Shown here one piece after another: positions 24,401 to 37,067 of a stretch of 64,000 nucleotides of DNA. The notes below the pieces were generated by a model. That model was not told the origin of the DNA. It saw only the letters and a list, made by a program, of their open reading frames with translations, and searched no databases. This stretch comes from Dendrobates tinctorius (lineage: Eukaryota): assembly GCF_039654945.1 (NCBI RefSeq), contig NW_027361771.1, positions 36,642,001-36,706,000 of the forward strand, in the 5' to 3' direction. Numbering within the stretch: position 1 is the stretch's first letter; every line of letters starts with the position of its first letter. A program made the position numbers and the translations under genes.

Positions 24401-27400
24401 GGATTGGAGACACTGATCTGTATTTAAAACTGATGTGTACATGGATCAATGAAACTCTATAGGTCAGTGTGAGATAAAAAGTGCACTTAGAAAATTGGTG
24501 ACATTTTCAATACTTATTTCACCCGCTGTATATTCCATGTAGTGTTAAACTATCTCAAAGTAACAACAGCAGATCTTTCAACTGTGTGTATTCACAGGCA
24601 TTATCATCCTATTAATGTAGTACATCATAGTGAGATTTGCTAATCAAAGGTATTTAGGAATTTATTTATAATGCCATTTCATTTAGCTATTGTTTTCAAT
24701 TCTTGGGAGAACCCCTTTAAAGTCTTTGGTAAGTATGGCAGAGCTGCTTGCATGAGCGTTTCTATAATCACCCACAGACCTGAATGGAAAGTTCTAGTCC
24801 CATTAATTTAATCAAATCAGCCTATGCTGACCAAATTTGTTTCATTAGCTGGGGTCGCAGAGTCTGATTTCCCCCATAGAAAGTTCCACTAGATTTACTG
24901 AGCGAAATTTTTACAAATGATCCACACAGACGTTAGCTCCATCTACCTGATGATCCTGTGGGACACCGTAGTTTTGTTCTTCTGGACAATCCTGGGAATA
25001 TAGAGGACTTAGACATCTCGGTTGATTTCTCCAACTGGATACATCTGTAGGAAACTCATTATTTACAAGTGATTGTCAAAGCCAAGATCACTTACAAGAA
25101 AGAGGATCACCATCTGTCACAAAGAGTGGCCTAAAATGCTCCCCACAGTGATCAACTGGGACACTTGCAAGGAAAGGGACATTCAAAAATAGATGTTTCC
25201 CAGGATATGAATGATTGTTGTCATGTAAAATAACTTGTGTCATGATACATTGCGTTTTCGCATTGCCACTCATAGAACCAAATCTAAGGAACTGAAGTGT
25301 CAAAACCGAGTATAAACAAATTGCCCAACATTCTTTATATATATATAATTTCTACTAAATATTCAGGTGACTGGCTTAACCGGGTCACAAGTCAAATGCT
25401 CTGCCCCCTTCAGATGCCTATGGCAACCCTACCAAGCGAATACCAGAAAGGAAATGAAAAAGACCACTTACCTATGTTCTCCCCTCTACAAATAATCAAA
25501 GATTGTAAAAATGGATAAAACCATGGTTGGAGGGGGTCAGTTTCTTCAGTAAAGTGTCTTCAAGCAATTAATTAAACAAATTTGGTTTTTCAGTGTTGAT
25601 AAAAATGCTTGGCCGATGCCAAAATGAAGACACTTTACTCCAGCAGCACAAATTTTAATTTAAGGGTTTCCATATTTCTGCAACCACATTGTTTTAGCTC
25701 TTTACTTTTATTTTTGTAAAAGAAAAAAAATTAGTTTCTCAATGGATTTGTTCAGATTGTGGGTGACATTAAGGTGAAAAAAAATCTGAAATGATTCTTT
25801 GTTATGATTTCACATGATAAAAACCTGGCATTTTAACGGGCATATAGACTTTTTGTATCCACTGTAATTCCATGCAGATAAAAGAACTCCTATAAAAAAG
25901 TAGGAGTCTTTATTAAATATTATTATTATTTATATAGCACCATTGATTCCATGGTGCGGTACATGAGAAGGGGTTACATACAAATTACAGATATCACTTA
26001 CAGTAAACAAACTAACAATGACAGACTGATACAAAGGGGAGAGGACCCTTGTTGTGAGTTCATTTTCCCCTTCACCATTGAGGTCTGATGAACTCCCTCT
26101 TCTGGTGAAGGAAGGTAGTGAGGCTGATTACAAAGCACCTGAGCAGAATGATGATGACTGGGTGACTAGAATTGCTGACTGAATATAAGGCAGCCGACGC
26201 CCTTCTGCCTTGCGGGTGATTACTCTGAGGGATTCTTGGAGACCAGTCTGATTCCTGCTCCTCAAAAGCTAAGTTTTCTGCTCTACTTTTTGCATTTGTG
26301 TTTTGGTCTTGTTTTGCCTTGTTTTTCTGGATTTCTGCCTTTCCCTGCTGGGTGAGCTGAATTCCTTTTTGCTCTGTCTTCAGAAAATACCTGAGTACTG
26401 ATATAGTCTTTTTGAAGCCTAGCGTCTTCAGGGCTTTTTTCCCTATCAGTCTGTTGGCTCTTGTTTTTGAGAGGGTTTTGGCGGATTGCAGACAGCAGCT
26501 TTTCTATTCTGTCCTATTTACTTAGCTTGGGCCCCATCATTTGCTCAGCCTATCTTTCTTTCTGTGCGAGTGTTTTTTCATCTTGCTTCACCGTCATTAT
26601 ATGTTGGGGGCTGCCTATTTCTTTGGGGTCTGCTCTGGGGCAGTTTAGATTTCCCTTTCTGTCTTTAGGCTATGTAGTTCTCCGGCTGTGATCAAGGGGT
26701 CTAGGGCACCATAGGAACCCCCCACGGCTACTGCTAGTTGTTGTTGTTAGGTTCAGGGGTCTGCAATCCGATAGCTGCCAACTTCTCTGGTTTTCTGGAC
26801 TTAGCTAGTATTTTTTTTTTTGCCTCCTACGGTGACTCATTCATAACAGACCCTGCCCTTTCAGGCTTATATTCTACAGGATGGTGGGTAAGGAGACAGT
26901 AGGTTGGGGGGTTGCAGCAGTTCCAGTGTTAGTTGAGGTGGTAGCTCTGGTAGTGGTGAGGAGGTAGCGGGGTCATTGCAGGCTGTAAGCTTTCCTGAAG
27001 AGGTGGGTTTTCAGGTTCCGTCTGAAGGATCCGAATGTGTCTGATAGTCGGACGTGTTGGGGCAAAGAATTCTAGAGGATGGGGAATATTGGGGAGACGT
27101 CTTGGAGGTGATTGGGTGAGGAGCGAATAAGTGTGAAGGAGAGAAGGAGGTCTTGGGAGGACCAGAGATTACGTGAGGGAAAATATCGGGAGATTAGTTC
27201 AAAGATATATGGAGGAGACAGGTTATAGATGGCTTTGTAGGTCAGTATTAGTAATTTGAACTGGATAGGCTGAGAGAATGAATTAGTTGGACACCAGAGT
27301 TAAGGATGGACTGAAGAGGTGCGAGGAAGTTAGCAGGAAGGCCACAGAAAAGATGTTGCAGTAGTCGAGGGGGGAAACGATGAGGGCATGCACAAGCACT

Positions 27401-29612
27401 TGGAAGATCTGCGAGATGGAGGAAAGATGATGAGTTCAGATTTGTCTACATTGTGATTAAGGGAGCGAGAGGAGAAGAAGGAGGATGTGGCTGATAGACA
27501 CTCCGGGATTCTGGACAGTAGAGAGGGGACGTCTGGGCCAGAGAGGTACATCTGATTGTCGTCAGCATCTGAATGTCATCAGGTACTGGAATCCATGGGA
27601 CTTTATGAGTTGTCCCAGGTCAAGTGTATAGAATGAGAAGAGTAGGGGCCCTAGAACAGAGCCTTGGGGGACTCCAACAGAGAGAGGGTGGGATGAAAAG
27701 GTAGTGTGGGAGTGGGAAACGCTGAATGTGCGGTTGGAAAGGTATGAGGAGATCCAGGATAGGGCGAGGTCTTTTATGCCAAAGGAGGAGAGGATCTGTA
27801 GTAGGAGGCTCTGGTCAACTGTGCCGAAAGCAGAGGACAGGTCTAGAAGGAGGAGTATAGAGTATTGTCCGTTAGCTTTGGCTGTAAGTAGGTCGTTAGT
27901 AATTTTGGTCAGGGCTGTCTAAGTGGAGTGATGGGGGCGGAAACCAGATTGTAGAGTGTCAAAAAGCAAGTTAGATGAGACGTAGGAGGAAAGTTCTGCG
28001 TTGATGTGCTGCTCCAGGAGTTTGGAAGCGAATGGGAGCAGCGATATTGGGCGATAGCTGGACATAGCGGTTGGGTCTAGGGTTGGCTTTTTAAGGATAG
28101 GCATGATTGTGGCATGTTTGAAAGCAGAAGGGAAGGTACAAGAAATTAGTGATCAGTTGAAGAGGTGAGTTAGGGATGGGATAAGAGTGGTGGTGAGGTT
28201 GGGGAGGAGGTGGGATGGGATGGGGTCAAGTGCACAGGTGGTGAGGTGCGATTTGGAGAAGAAACGATTAAGCTCCCCTTCAGTGATGTTGGATGGAGTG
28301 TGAAGTTATGGGATTTGGGCATTGGTCTGGTATACCAAGGGGTTGAACAATGAAAACTTTCCTTGTTTGGTCGACCTTATTTTTGAAGTGTGTGGCAAAG
28401 TCCCCAGCAGAGATGAGGGAGGTTGGAGGGGGCAGTGGTGGGCGGAGGAGGGAGTTAAAAGTTTTGAATAACTGTTTGGGGTTGTAGGATAGGGAAGATA
28501 CGAGGGTTGTGAAGTAGGCCTGTTTAACAGAGGTGAGGGTAGATTTGAAAGCGAGTGTTGTCTGTTTTAATGCAGTGAAGTTGTCTTGCAAATTTGTTTT
28601 CTTCCAACGCCGCTCTGCAGCCCTGGACACTTGCCGCAGCTTTTTAGTGGTGTTATTGTGCCAAGGTTTTCTGTTGATACGTTGCACTCTGCCATGAACA
28701 AGATGGGTGACTGCGTTAATAGCTGATGTGAGAGTGGCACTGTAGAAAGCAGTGGCACTGTCTGTGTCGTTGAGTGAGGATATGGATGCCAGTGGTAGAA
28801 GAGAGTCAGAGATCGTGTGGGAGTCTAGGTGTGAGAGGTTTCTGCAGGGGGTGCACATGTTGCTGGATATGGGTGACAGGTGAGGAGAACAGGGATGAGA
28901 AAGTGAGTAGATGGTGGTCGGAGAGAGGGAGTGGGGAGGTGGTGAAGTTAGATAGTGGGCAGAGATGGGTGAAGACCAGGTCTAATGTATGCCCGTCTGT
29001 GTGGGTGGCTGAAGAAGACCACTGATGAAGTCCAAAAGATGACGTAAGGGACAGGAGTTTGGAGGTAGTTGACAGAAGGGTATCAGTGGGGATGTTAAAG
29101 TCACCCATGATGATAGTGGGGATGTCAGTTGAAAGAAAGTGCAGTAAAATCCAAACAACACCTATATATTCAGATAATATAAAAAAATCACTGAAATGGG
29201 CAACAAAAGGTCACTGATCACACAATAAGAAATGCTGAGATCCTAGAATGACACATTCACTTAACGGTGTATCAAATAGATAATGGGAAATCGTATCCTT
29301 GGGTGAAGAGGTTAACCATCACATATCTTTAACCCATGTGATAGTTGATATTGGTCTCCAAAAGAATATGGCTCGAAATCATGAAGACTGGTGTTTTGTG
29401 CCATATCTTTTTATTTTTCCGTTGATATGGCCATGTGAGGGCTTGGTTTTTGCTGGACGAGTTGTACTTTTGAACTACACCATTGGTTTTAACAAGTCGT
29501 GCACTCGAAAACGAGAAAAAAATTCCAAGTGTGATGAAATTGCAAAAAAGTGCAATTCCACAACTGTTTTTTGGATTTTTCTTTTTATTTAAATGGTGTA
29601 AAACAAATCTAA

Positions 29613-29649
<37 letters not shown>

Positions 29650-31447
29650 CGCCATTTTCCGATACCGGTAGCGTCTCCATTTTTCGTGATCTTGGGTTGG
29701 GTGAGGGCTTATTTTTTGCGTGCCGAGCTGACGTTTTTAATAATACCATTTTGGTGCAGATATGATCTTTTGATTAATGCAATGTTGCGGGGACCAACAA
29801 ACGTAATGCTGGCGTTTTGACTTTTTTTTCGCTACGCCTTTTACCAATCGGATTAATTCATTTTATAGCTTGATAGATAGGGCGGTTCTGAATGCTGCGA
29901 TACCAAATATGTGTATTTTTTTATTGTTTTATTTTCAATGGGGAGATAGAGGGGTAATTTGAACTTTTATATTTTTAAATATTTTTAAAAACTTTTTTTT
30001 ACTTTTCACGTGCTTCAATAGTCTCCATGGGAGACTAGAAGCTACAGATGTCTGATCGCCTCTGCTACACATAGGTGATAATCAGATCACCTGTGTGTAG
30101 CAGAAATGCTCAGTTGCTATGAGCGCCGACCACTGGGCAGTGCTCATAGCAATCTGGCTATGACAACCATAGAGGTCTGCTGGAGGTCTCTGGTTGTCAT
30201 GCCGACCCATTGGTGTCCCACGATCATGTGACAGGGTCACCGATGAGCGGGATTAGTGAAGTGCTTCCAGCGCGATCACATTAAATGCCGCTGTCAGAGA
30301 TTGACAGCGGCATTTAACAAATTAAGGAACTTTTTGTATTTGAACCAGTGAATCCTGAGTGCTCAGGTATCAGAACAATTACAGCTGTGTTGTTGTTTGG
30401 ATTTAGGGGAGTTTTAACTGTTCTTCAGCCAATTTGCCTGTCAGTGTAGATAGCATCACAGGCTAAGCTCAGTGATTGGCTGCAATGGTCATGTGTAACG
30501 TAGTTGTGACTTCACTGCAAAGCCTGGAGCAAAGACTGAAAGATGTTTCTGGAGCAGCAGAAGGTAACAGCTCATTTTAATAATCTAACTTAGAACAAGG
30601 TTGAAGAAACTTATTCCTAGAAATCCCCATTAAAGGATATTTAAGAAAGATTGTGACTTAATAAGTGTCCACACTGTGAATTAGTACTTGTTAATGGTGG
30701 TCTTACCGCTGTATTCATTATTGTTTATCTCAGAAAAGAACCATTAATTGGTAAGACTTCACTCATTCTTAACTAGAATTGTATCATTTTCCCATGTAGA
30801 GACCTCTCATACCAAATCCCACTTTACACTGAAGCTTCCTCTTACCTGGTGATGTTGGAAGCTGGTGGTCCTCCATCATGACGCCATTGTACAGATCCTT
30901 GTGTCCTTCCATATACTCCCACTCCTCCATGGAGAAATGGACAGTGACATCCTGACACCTTATAGGAACCTGACACACAATGATACAGTCATCATCCAGA
31001 CACATCATCCCTTGTGTTACTGTATAATGCCCCAGTATTCCCAGCAGTGCTCACCTCTCTGGTCGTCAGCTCAATCATCTTGTTGATGAGGTCCAGGATC
31101 TTCTGGTCATTGTACTCATGTATAAGAGAGAGAAGTGGAGGCTCTATGATGGGGCTTTGGGTCCTGCTCCATTCATCAGACACACGAGAACATCTGCTGG
31201 AGGTCACACAATTTTCGGAAATCTTCTTCACTACTGTGTAGTCCTGTGCATGCAGGGAGATACTGCTAAATATCAAAAAATACATCTCCAGAATACATCA
31301 CTTCCGTAGTTATGTCCCTGTTTTTTAAGTAGTCAAAAAAAGGTATAATGTGGCATCATTCTCTGATTTTCTTACCTCTCCTGTTAGCAGGTAGATGATC
31401 TCCAGGCTGAGGTTTAATAACTTCATCTTGCTTCTTTCTTCATCCAT
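14326..31447 (-). CDS. KRAB-like (amphibian FAX/XlCOF/XlCGF-type) C2H2 zinc-finger protein, 569 aa; join(complement 31376-31447, 31055-31243, 30846-30969, 24947-25044, 18766-18886, 14326-15431)
   Basis: All six exons have GT-AG boundaries and compatible phases (72+189+124+98+121+1106=1710 nt). Protein: [31 protein letters not shown]...[19 protein letters not shown] (KRAB-A-like)...-10 intact and 2 degenerate C2H2 fingers with TGEKPF linkers. Confidence 0.92.
15792..17357 (+). mobile_element. Tc1/mariner DNA transposon, DD35E (Traveler-type), full length but inactivated
   Basis: TA TSDs; ~39-bp TIRs CA(A/G)TCATGGCCAAAAGTTTTGAGAATGACACAAATATTA; encodes a transposase with 35 residues between the second D and E. 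Confidence 0.93.
16165..17180 (+). pseudogene. Tc1 transposase (paired-like HTH + DD35E) with one frameshift (~16385) and one stop (16887-16889)
   Basis: [16 protein letters not shown]..; FSDES; VWGCFS; FQHD*APCH; [15 protein letters not shown]. Confidence 0.92.
18002..18539. mobile_element. PIF/Harbinger-type MITE
   Basis: TIRs GGCTACTTTCACACATCCG / CGGATGTGTGAAAGAGGTC; TAA/TTA flanks; internal ccgga repeats. Confidence 0.8.
18766..18886 (-). CDS. ZNF coding exon 5 (acidic spacer)
   Basis: [40 protein letters not shown]; cag| acceptor, |gtgag donor. Confidence 0.9.
19201..20460. mobile_element. Non-autonomous piggyBac-like TTAA element
   Basis: Starts TTAA|CCCCTTAATGACC; body homologous to 29400-30320; right end disrupted by a Kolobok MITE. 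Confidence 0.7.
20464..21026. mobile_element. Kolobok/T2-type MITE
   Basis: TIRs aggaatctgacaggtcatttttgcataccct / agggtacgcaaaaatgacctgacagattcact with TTAA on the right (ctaa on the left). Confidence 0.75.
20637..20879. mobile_element. Young PIF/Harbinger MITE nested in the Kolobok MITE
   Basis: Perfect TIRs GGCCTGTTTCACACTTCCGTTTTT; TTA TSDs; internal aacggatccgtt repeats. Confidence 0.88.
21142..24255. mobile_element. ~3.1-kb non-autonomous piggyBac-like element
   Basis: TTAA|CCCC ... GGGG|TCAA termini; internal ~390-bp tandem blocks (21790-22740); degenerate (CCCTAA)n patch; related copy from 62342. Confidence 0.75.
24947..25044 (-). CDS. ZNF coding exon 4
   Basis: (D)[32 protein letters not shown]; tacag| acceptor, |gtagat donor; [11 protein letters not shown] motif is typical of anuran ZNFs. 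Confidence 0.9.
25919..29145 (-). mobile_element. 5'-truncated L2-clade LINE (APE + RT remnants)
   Basis: [76 protein letters not shown]; 3' end accatggaatcaatggtgctatataaat(aat)n. Confidence 0.88.
26050..26848. mobile_element. Solo LTR inserted in the L2 3' region
   Basis: TGTTGTGA...TCATAACA termini with 6-bp TSD GACCCT (26044-26049, 26849-26854). Confidence 0.82.
29400..30320. mobile_element. Fragment of the piggyBac-like family seen at 19201
   Basis: Shared blocks (gacgagttgtacttttgaa, cgtctccatttttcgtgatc, ttaaatgccgctgtcag..tgacagcggcatttaa). Confidence 0.7.
30846..30969 (-). CDS. ZNF coding exon 3 (KRAB-A-like)
   Basis: [41 protein letters not shown]; 124 nt; gtcag| acceptor, |gtaag donor. 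Confidence 0.93.
31055..31243 (-). CDS. ZNF coding exon 2
   Basis: DYTVVKK...[16 protein letters not shown]; cacag| acceptor, |gtgag donor; 189 nt. Confidence 0.92.
31376..31447 (-). CDS. ZNF first coding exon (exon probably starts at 31563 with 5' UTR)
   Basis: aggATGG Kozak context, in-frame upstream TAG; [24 protein letters not shown]|gtaag; candidate acceptor cttttcttaacattcag| ending at 31564. Confidence 0.88.
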
Positions 31448-31666
31448 CCTTAGTGCATCTTGCAGGGAATGAACAGATATTTTACTAAGAGGAAACTTCT
31501 ATGTACATAGGATCCATAGTACTGAGTAGTCAATGTATAAAAGTCAACTAGTAATACACTTTTCTGAATGTTAAGAAAAGGTACAGGACCCTTATAACGA
31601 CTATAAGTAAGAATTACATTTTGGACCAACACCCATGACAACAGAATTATATGCAATGTCTCTTAT

Positions 31667-33442
31667 ATACGCACACCCGATAATGGGGCTGCCTGTCATA
31701 TATACACACACAATAATGAGGTTTCCTGTCATATACACACCCAATAATGGGGCTGCCTGTCATCTACACACCTGATAATGGGGCTGCCTGTCATACACAA
31801 CCGAAAATGGGGCTGCCTGTCATATACACACCTGATAATGGGGCTGCCTGTCATACACAACCAAAAATGGGGCTGCCTGTCATATACACACCTGATAATG
31901 GGGCTGCCTGTCATACACAACCGAAAATGGGGCTTCCTGTCATATAGACACCTGATAATGGGGCTGCCTGTCATACACAACCGAAAATGGGGCTGCCTGT
32001 CATATAGACACCTGATAATGGGGCTGCCTGTCATACACAACCGAAAATGGGGCTTCCTGTCATAGAGACACCTGATAATGGGGCTGCCTGTCATACACAA
32101 CCGAAAATGGGGCTGCCTGTCATATACACACCTGATAATGGGGCTGCCTGTCATACACAACCGAAAATGGGGCTGCCTGTCATATAGACACCTGATAATG
32201 GGGCTGCCTGTCATACACAACCGAAAATGGGGCTTCCTGTCATAGAGACACCTGATAATGGGGCTGCCTGTCATACACAACCGAAAATGGGGCTGCCTGT
32301 CATATACACACCTGATAATGGGGCTGCCTGTCATACACAACCGAAAATGGGGCTGCCTGTCATATATACACACGATAATGAGCCTGACTGTCATATACAC
32401 CTGATAATGGGGCTGCCTGTCATATACACACCTGATAATGGGGCAGCCTGTCATATACACACCTGATAATGGGGCTGCCTGTCATATATATACCCAATAA
32501 TGGGGCTGCCTGTCATATACACACCCAATAATGGGGCTGCCTGTCATATACACACCCAATAATGGGGCTGCCTGTCATATACACACCCGATAATGGGGCT
32601 GCCTGTCATACACATTTGATAATGGGGCTGCCTGTCATATACGCACCCGATAATGGGGCTGCCTGTCATATACACACCCGATAATGGGGCTGCCTGTCAT
32701 ATACACACCCGATAATGGGGCTGCCTGTCATATACGCACCCGATAATGGGGCTGCCTGTCATATACACACCCGATAATGGGACTGCCTGTCATACACAAC
32801 CGAAAATGGGGCTGCCTGTCATATAGACACCTGATAATGGGGCTGCCTGTCATACACAACCGAAAATGGGGCTTCCTGTCATAGAGACACCTGATAATGG
32901 GGCTGCCTGTCATACACAACCGAAAATGGGGCTGCCTGTCATATACACACCTGATAATGGGGCTGCCTGTCATACACAACCGAAAATGGGGCTGCCTGTC
33001 ATATATACACACGATAATGAGCCTGACTGTCATATACACCTGATAATGGGGCTGCCTGTCATATACACACCTGATAATGGGGCAGCCTGTCATATACACA
33101 CCTGATAATGGGGCTGCCTGTCATATATATACCCAATAATGGGGCTGCCTGTCATATACACACCCAATAATGGGGCTGCCTGTCATATACACACCCAATA
33201 ATGGGGCTGCCTGTCATTTACACACCCGATAATGGGGCTGCCTGTCATACACATTTGATAATGGGGCTGCCTGTCATATACGCACCCGATAATGGGGCTG
33301 CCTGTCATATACACACCCGATAATGGGGCTGCCTGTCATATACACACCCGATAATGGGGCTGCCTGTCATATACGCACCCGATAATGGGGCTGCCTGTCA
33401 CATACACACCCGATAATGGGACTGCCTGTCATATACACACCA
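31667..33442. repeat. 29-31-bp minisatellite with 60-bp and 639-bp higher-order periods
   Basis: Unit ataatggggctgcctgtcatatacacacccg; continues at 38185-38269 beyond the L1. Confidence 0.93.
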
Positions 33443-33764
33443 TTTTTTTTTTCAAAATCATATTTATTGAAATTTTACATAGTTAAACAGGAAAACACAT
33501 CAATTCCGCAAACAGTGCAGAGTAGATTAATAATACATCAAGAAAACAGACATACAAACGTAGGAGGCAAGGAATAAGGGGGGAAAAGGGGGTAGGTACA
33601 CTTAAGTATACGACTGTAAATTACTTAGATCAAAGGTCTTAACAGAAACTGATCTGCTAAAGTCCAGGTTCCTGAATATCAAAGTGGCATATAAGCTAGA
33701 CACATAGCAATGTTCATCGCGGGCAGGGAATATCAGACCCTGAATCGAAGTAGCACAAGCATCA

Positions 33765-36644
33765 TCACGGTGGATTGAAGGAGAGACGGCTACCAAGCCA
33801 TGGTTCCCAAATCTGGGACTTTTTCTTTTTAGATAACGCAGATAATACCAGAGCCCTTTCGTATTGGCAATGAAGGTTCATCCTGTCAATCACAAATTGT
33901 ATGGTCGGAGCGCTGGCCACTCTCCATTTGGATGCCACTGCCAGTCCAGCGGCTATAAACAAATGTGAGAACACTCCTCTCAACACATACAGGATCTCAT
34001 TTAAACCGATATGCAATAAAACCATACTGGGTTGTAAGGCCATCCGGATCCCAGCTACCTCAGCTATCACGTCCTCTAGGCTAGCCCAAAAATTTAGTAA
34101 TTTCGGGCACGACCACCACAATGTGGCTTGTTAAGCGCTGAAGGTTTGTTATAATTTTGCTTGGGACCCTCAAAGGGAGACATCTGAAATAATATAATAT
34201 CTTGGGGAGAATTTTCATCTTGAAAATATTAATTCTAGCCACCCAGGAGGTCATAAACAGATGTAAGGTGTCCAGCTCAGTCTTTATCTGTCTGAATAAA
34301 GCAGTATAGTTCGCCTCTATGATATGTTGAGAGTGTGTAAGCTTTATACCAAGGTAAGGGATACCCTGATCAGTCCAACGAAAGGGAAACTTAATCTCTA
34401 ATTCAGCTTTGGTGACCAAAGGGACCGCGACAGGGAATACCAGTGATTTGGATGCATTCAATTTGTAATAGGATACTGACGCAAACTCCTCTAGTTCAAC
34501 CATGACGGCCGAAAATGACCGCTCCAGGTCCACACAGGCTATGATAATGTCGTCCGAGTAAAGACCGATCTTGTGAGCAGCCGGGCCCACCATCAGACCT
34601 GAGATATCAGAGTTAAGATGGATTTTCTCCGCCAGTGGCTCCATGCATAATGCAAATATAATGGGGGATAGTGGGCATCCCTGTCGCGTCCCGTTAGTGA
34701 TCAAAAAGGGGGTAGATACAAACCCAGAGGCTAGGACTCTGGCTGATGGGGTGGAATATATGGCTAAAATCGCCGAAAGGATGGGGCCCTCCAAACCAAA
34801 CTTCCTAAGAACACTTCCCAAATATCCCCAGTGCACCCTATCAAAGGCCTTCTCAGCGTCCAAGGACAGGAATGCACTGGGAAGGCCCGACAGTTCCGCC
34901 ACCCTAATGAGATTCAACATTCGGCGGGTACCATCCTTGGTTTCCCGGCTAGCCACAAAACCGACCTGGTCAGGAGAGACAAGAGAGGGGATTATCAAAT
35001 GAAGGCGGGAGGCTAGCAATTTGGTATATATCTTTAAATCAGAATTCAATAAAGCAATAGGTCTAAAATTCCCAGGACTATCAGGGGTCTTACCTGGCTT
35101 AGGGAGAGTGGTAATAGTAGCTTCCAAATTAGGGGCAGCAACTTTGCCTGAATCCCACCAACTTGAAAACAACCTCAATAGATATGGGGCCAGAAGTTCC
35201 TGAAAAGTGCGATAATATTCATTTGAAAGTCCATCCGGACCAGGCGCGGTGTGTAGCTTACTGCTTTTAATAGTTTTTTTGATCTCCTCTTCTGTAAATG
35301 GGACGTTTAACAATAATAATTGTTCTTGGGATACACGCGGTAAATTAACTGATTGCAGATATGAATCGATTGCTACCTGAGTAGGTTGACGGGTCTGTGG
35401 GTCAGAATGTAAGTTATATAATTGGGAGTAGTACTTAATGTCTCCGCTATGTCAATCGGATTCCTAACCAGACACCCATTCTGATCTTGTAAACCATTTA
35501 TTCTGGATTTAGCCTCTCGTTTATGTACCTTACGTGCCAGTATTGCTCCCGCCCTATCTCCAGTGGCGTAAAACTGAGTTTTAAGCTTACGTAAATTACG
35601 GGCATAGGCAGAAAGCAAAACCTCCCGCAACTGAAAGCGAACCCCGTATATCTCATCCGACACTGCCTGCGAGGGTGAGGTTTTATTCAGTGATTCCAAC
35701 TGGTCAAGTCTAGCTAAGAGGTCATCCCGTATCCCTCTATTACGCTTCAGTATGGAGGCTTGTTGTATGAGATATCCCTGTATAACCACTTTATGCGCAG
35801 CCCATAGCGTTTCATCTGAAACTTCCCCATTATCGTTAACATGGAAGTAGTGAGTCAACTCAGCAGAGATACCACACGTCACCTTCTCATTTAGTAAAAG
35901 AGACGGGTTCAGACTCCACCGAAAAGCAGGGTTCGCATGATGTTTTAACGCTAACTGTAACACAATGGGAGCATGGTCAGACCAGGTAATTAGTCCTATG
36001 CTGGAGGAGACGGATCTAGGAAGAACCGAAGTATCCACAAGAATATGGTCTATCCGAGTATATGTACGATGTCGGAAGGAATAGAAGGTATAATCTTTTT
36101 CACTCGCGTGGGAGTACCTCCAGAAATCGTGTAGATGATATTCTTTGGCTATGCCTTTCAACTCCCCCCTAGGCCGAATGCCACCTCGTGAGCAGTCTAG
36201 ATCCCTGTCCATGGGAAGATTAAAGTCTCCACAGTATATCTTTTCACCCTGCGCCAGACCATCCACTCTATGTAGTACCTTGTGGATAAATGTCTGATGC
36301 GAATGATTTGGGGCGTAGATGACTGTGATAGTGTGCAACTCGCCATTCAATGTGCATATGAGGGACAGAAATCTGCCCGCAGGATCCGCTACCTTCCGAA
36401 TACAATTGATGGCTAATGTATTTTTAAAGATGATGTACACCCCAGCCTTTTTAGTGTTATTATTAGCAAAGTAAATATTAGAGAACTGTGGGTGACACAG
36501 CCTAAAATTATCAGCTTCTATCAGATGCGTCTCCTGCAGGCAGATAATCTCTGCACCTGATTTTTTCACCTCTTTCCATAGGATGGACCTCTTACAAGGG
36601 GAATTCAACGCCCTAACATTTAAAGACATAATGGTAACACTCAT
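33765..36644 (-). pseudogene. L1 ORF2p (APE-RT), frameshifted and internally deleted
   Basis: ORFs 35373-36644 (EN), 34081-35313 (RT) and 33765-34121 (post-knuckle tail). Confidence 0.9.
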
Positions 36645-37067
36645 AATTATACATTATAAAACTTGCTATCACACATACATCTTCATGAACCCACATCATC
36701 CGCATCTGGGCTCGTGTGTTGGCAACATAGAGAACCACAGTAACCACATTAAAAAGACCCATCTCGGAGGTGCACCTAAAAAACAGGAGACAAGGGAAAC
36801 AAAACACAGAGAAAAGTAAAAAAAATTCTAAACACAAAGTCATGCAGCCACTAGGCGAAAGGCCAGGCTAGTCAGGCAGTGAAACGCCTGAGTGGTCAGT
36901 CTTAGACCACAGGTAAATGCCAGCTCAGGGCAGTTCCAAGGTTCACTCCCAAAAAGATGGAAAATAACCGAGAGTTATCTTGGACTGGGTGCTGGAGCAA
37001 AAAGAAAAAAAAACGGTGACAAAATCCGTAGCACCCTCACAGCAGAGTCCTGCATCCGGACAGCATC

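Noticed and set aside
24490-25866. Short Tc1-like terminal remnants (...cccgctgTA ~24530; ...atccactgTA ~25866)
   Set aside because: Too short and degraded to delimit or pair.
31729-33105. Repetitive Cys-containing ORFs, and a superficially CRISPR-like regular repeat
   Set aside because: Tandem minisatellite with no unique spacers, eukaryotic context, no cas genes.
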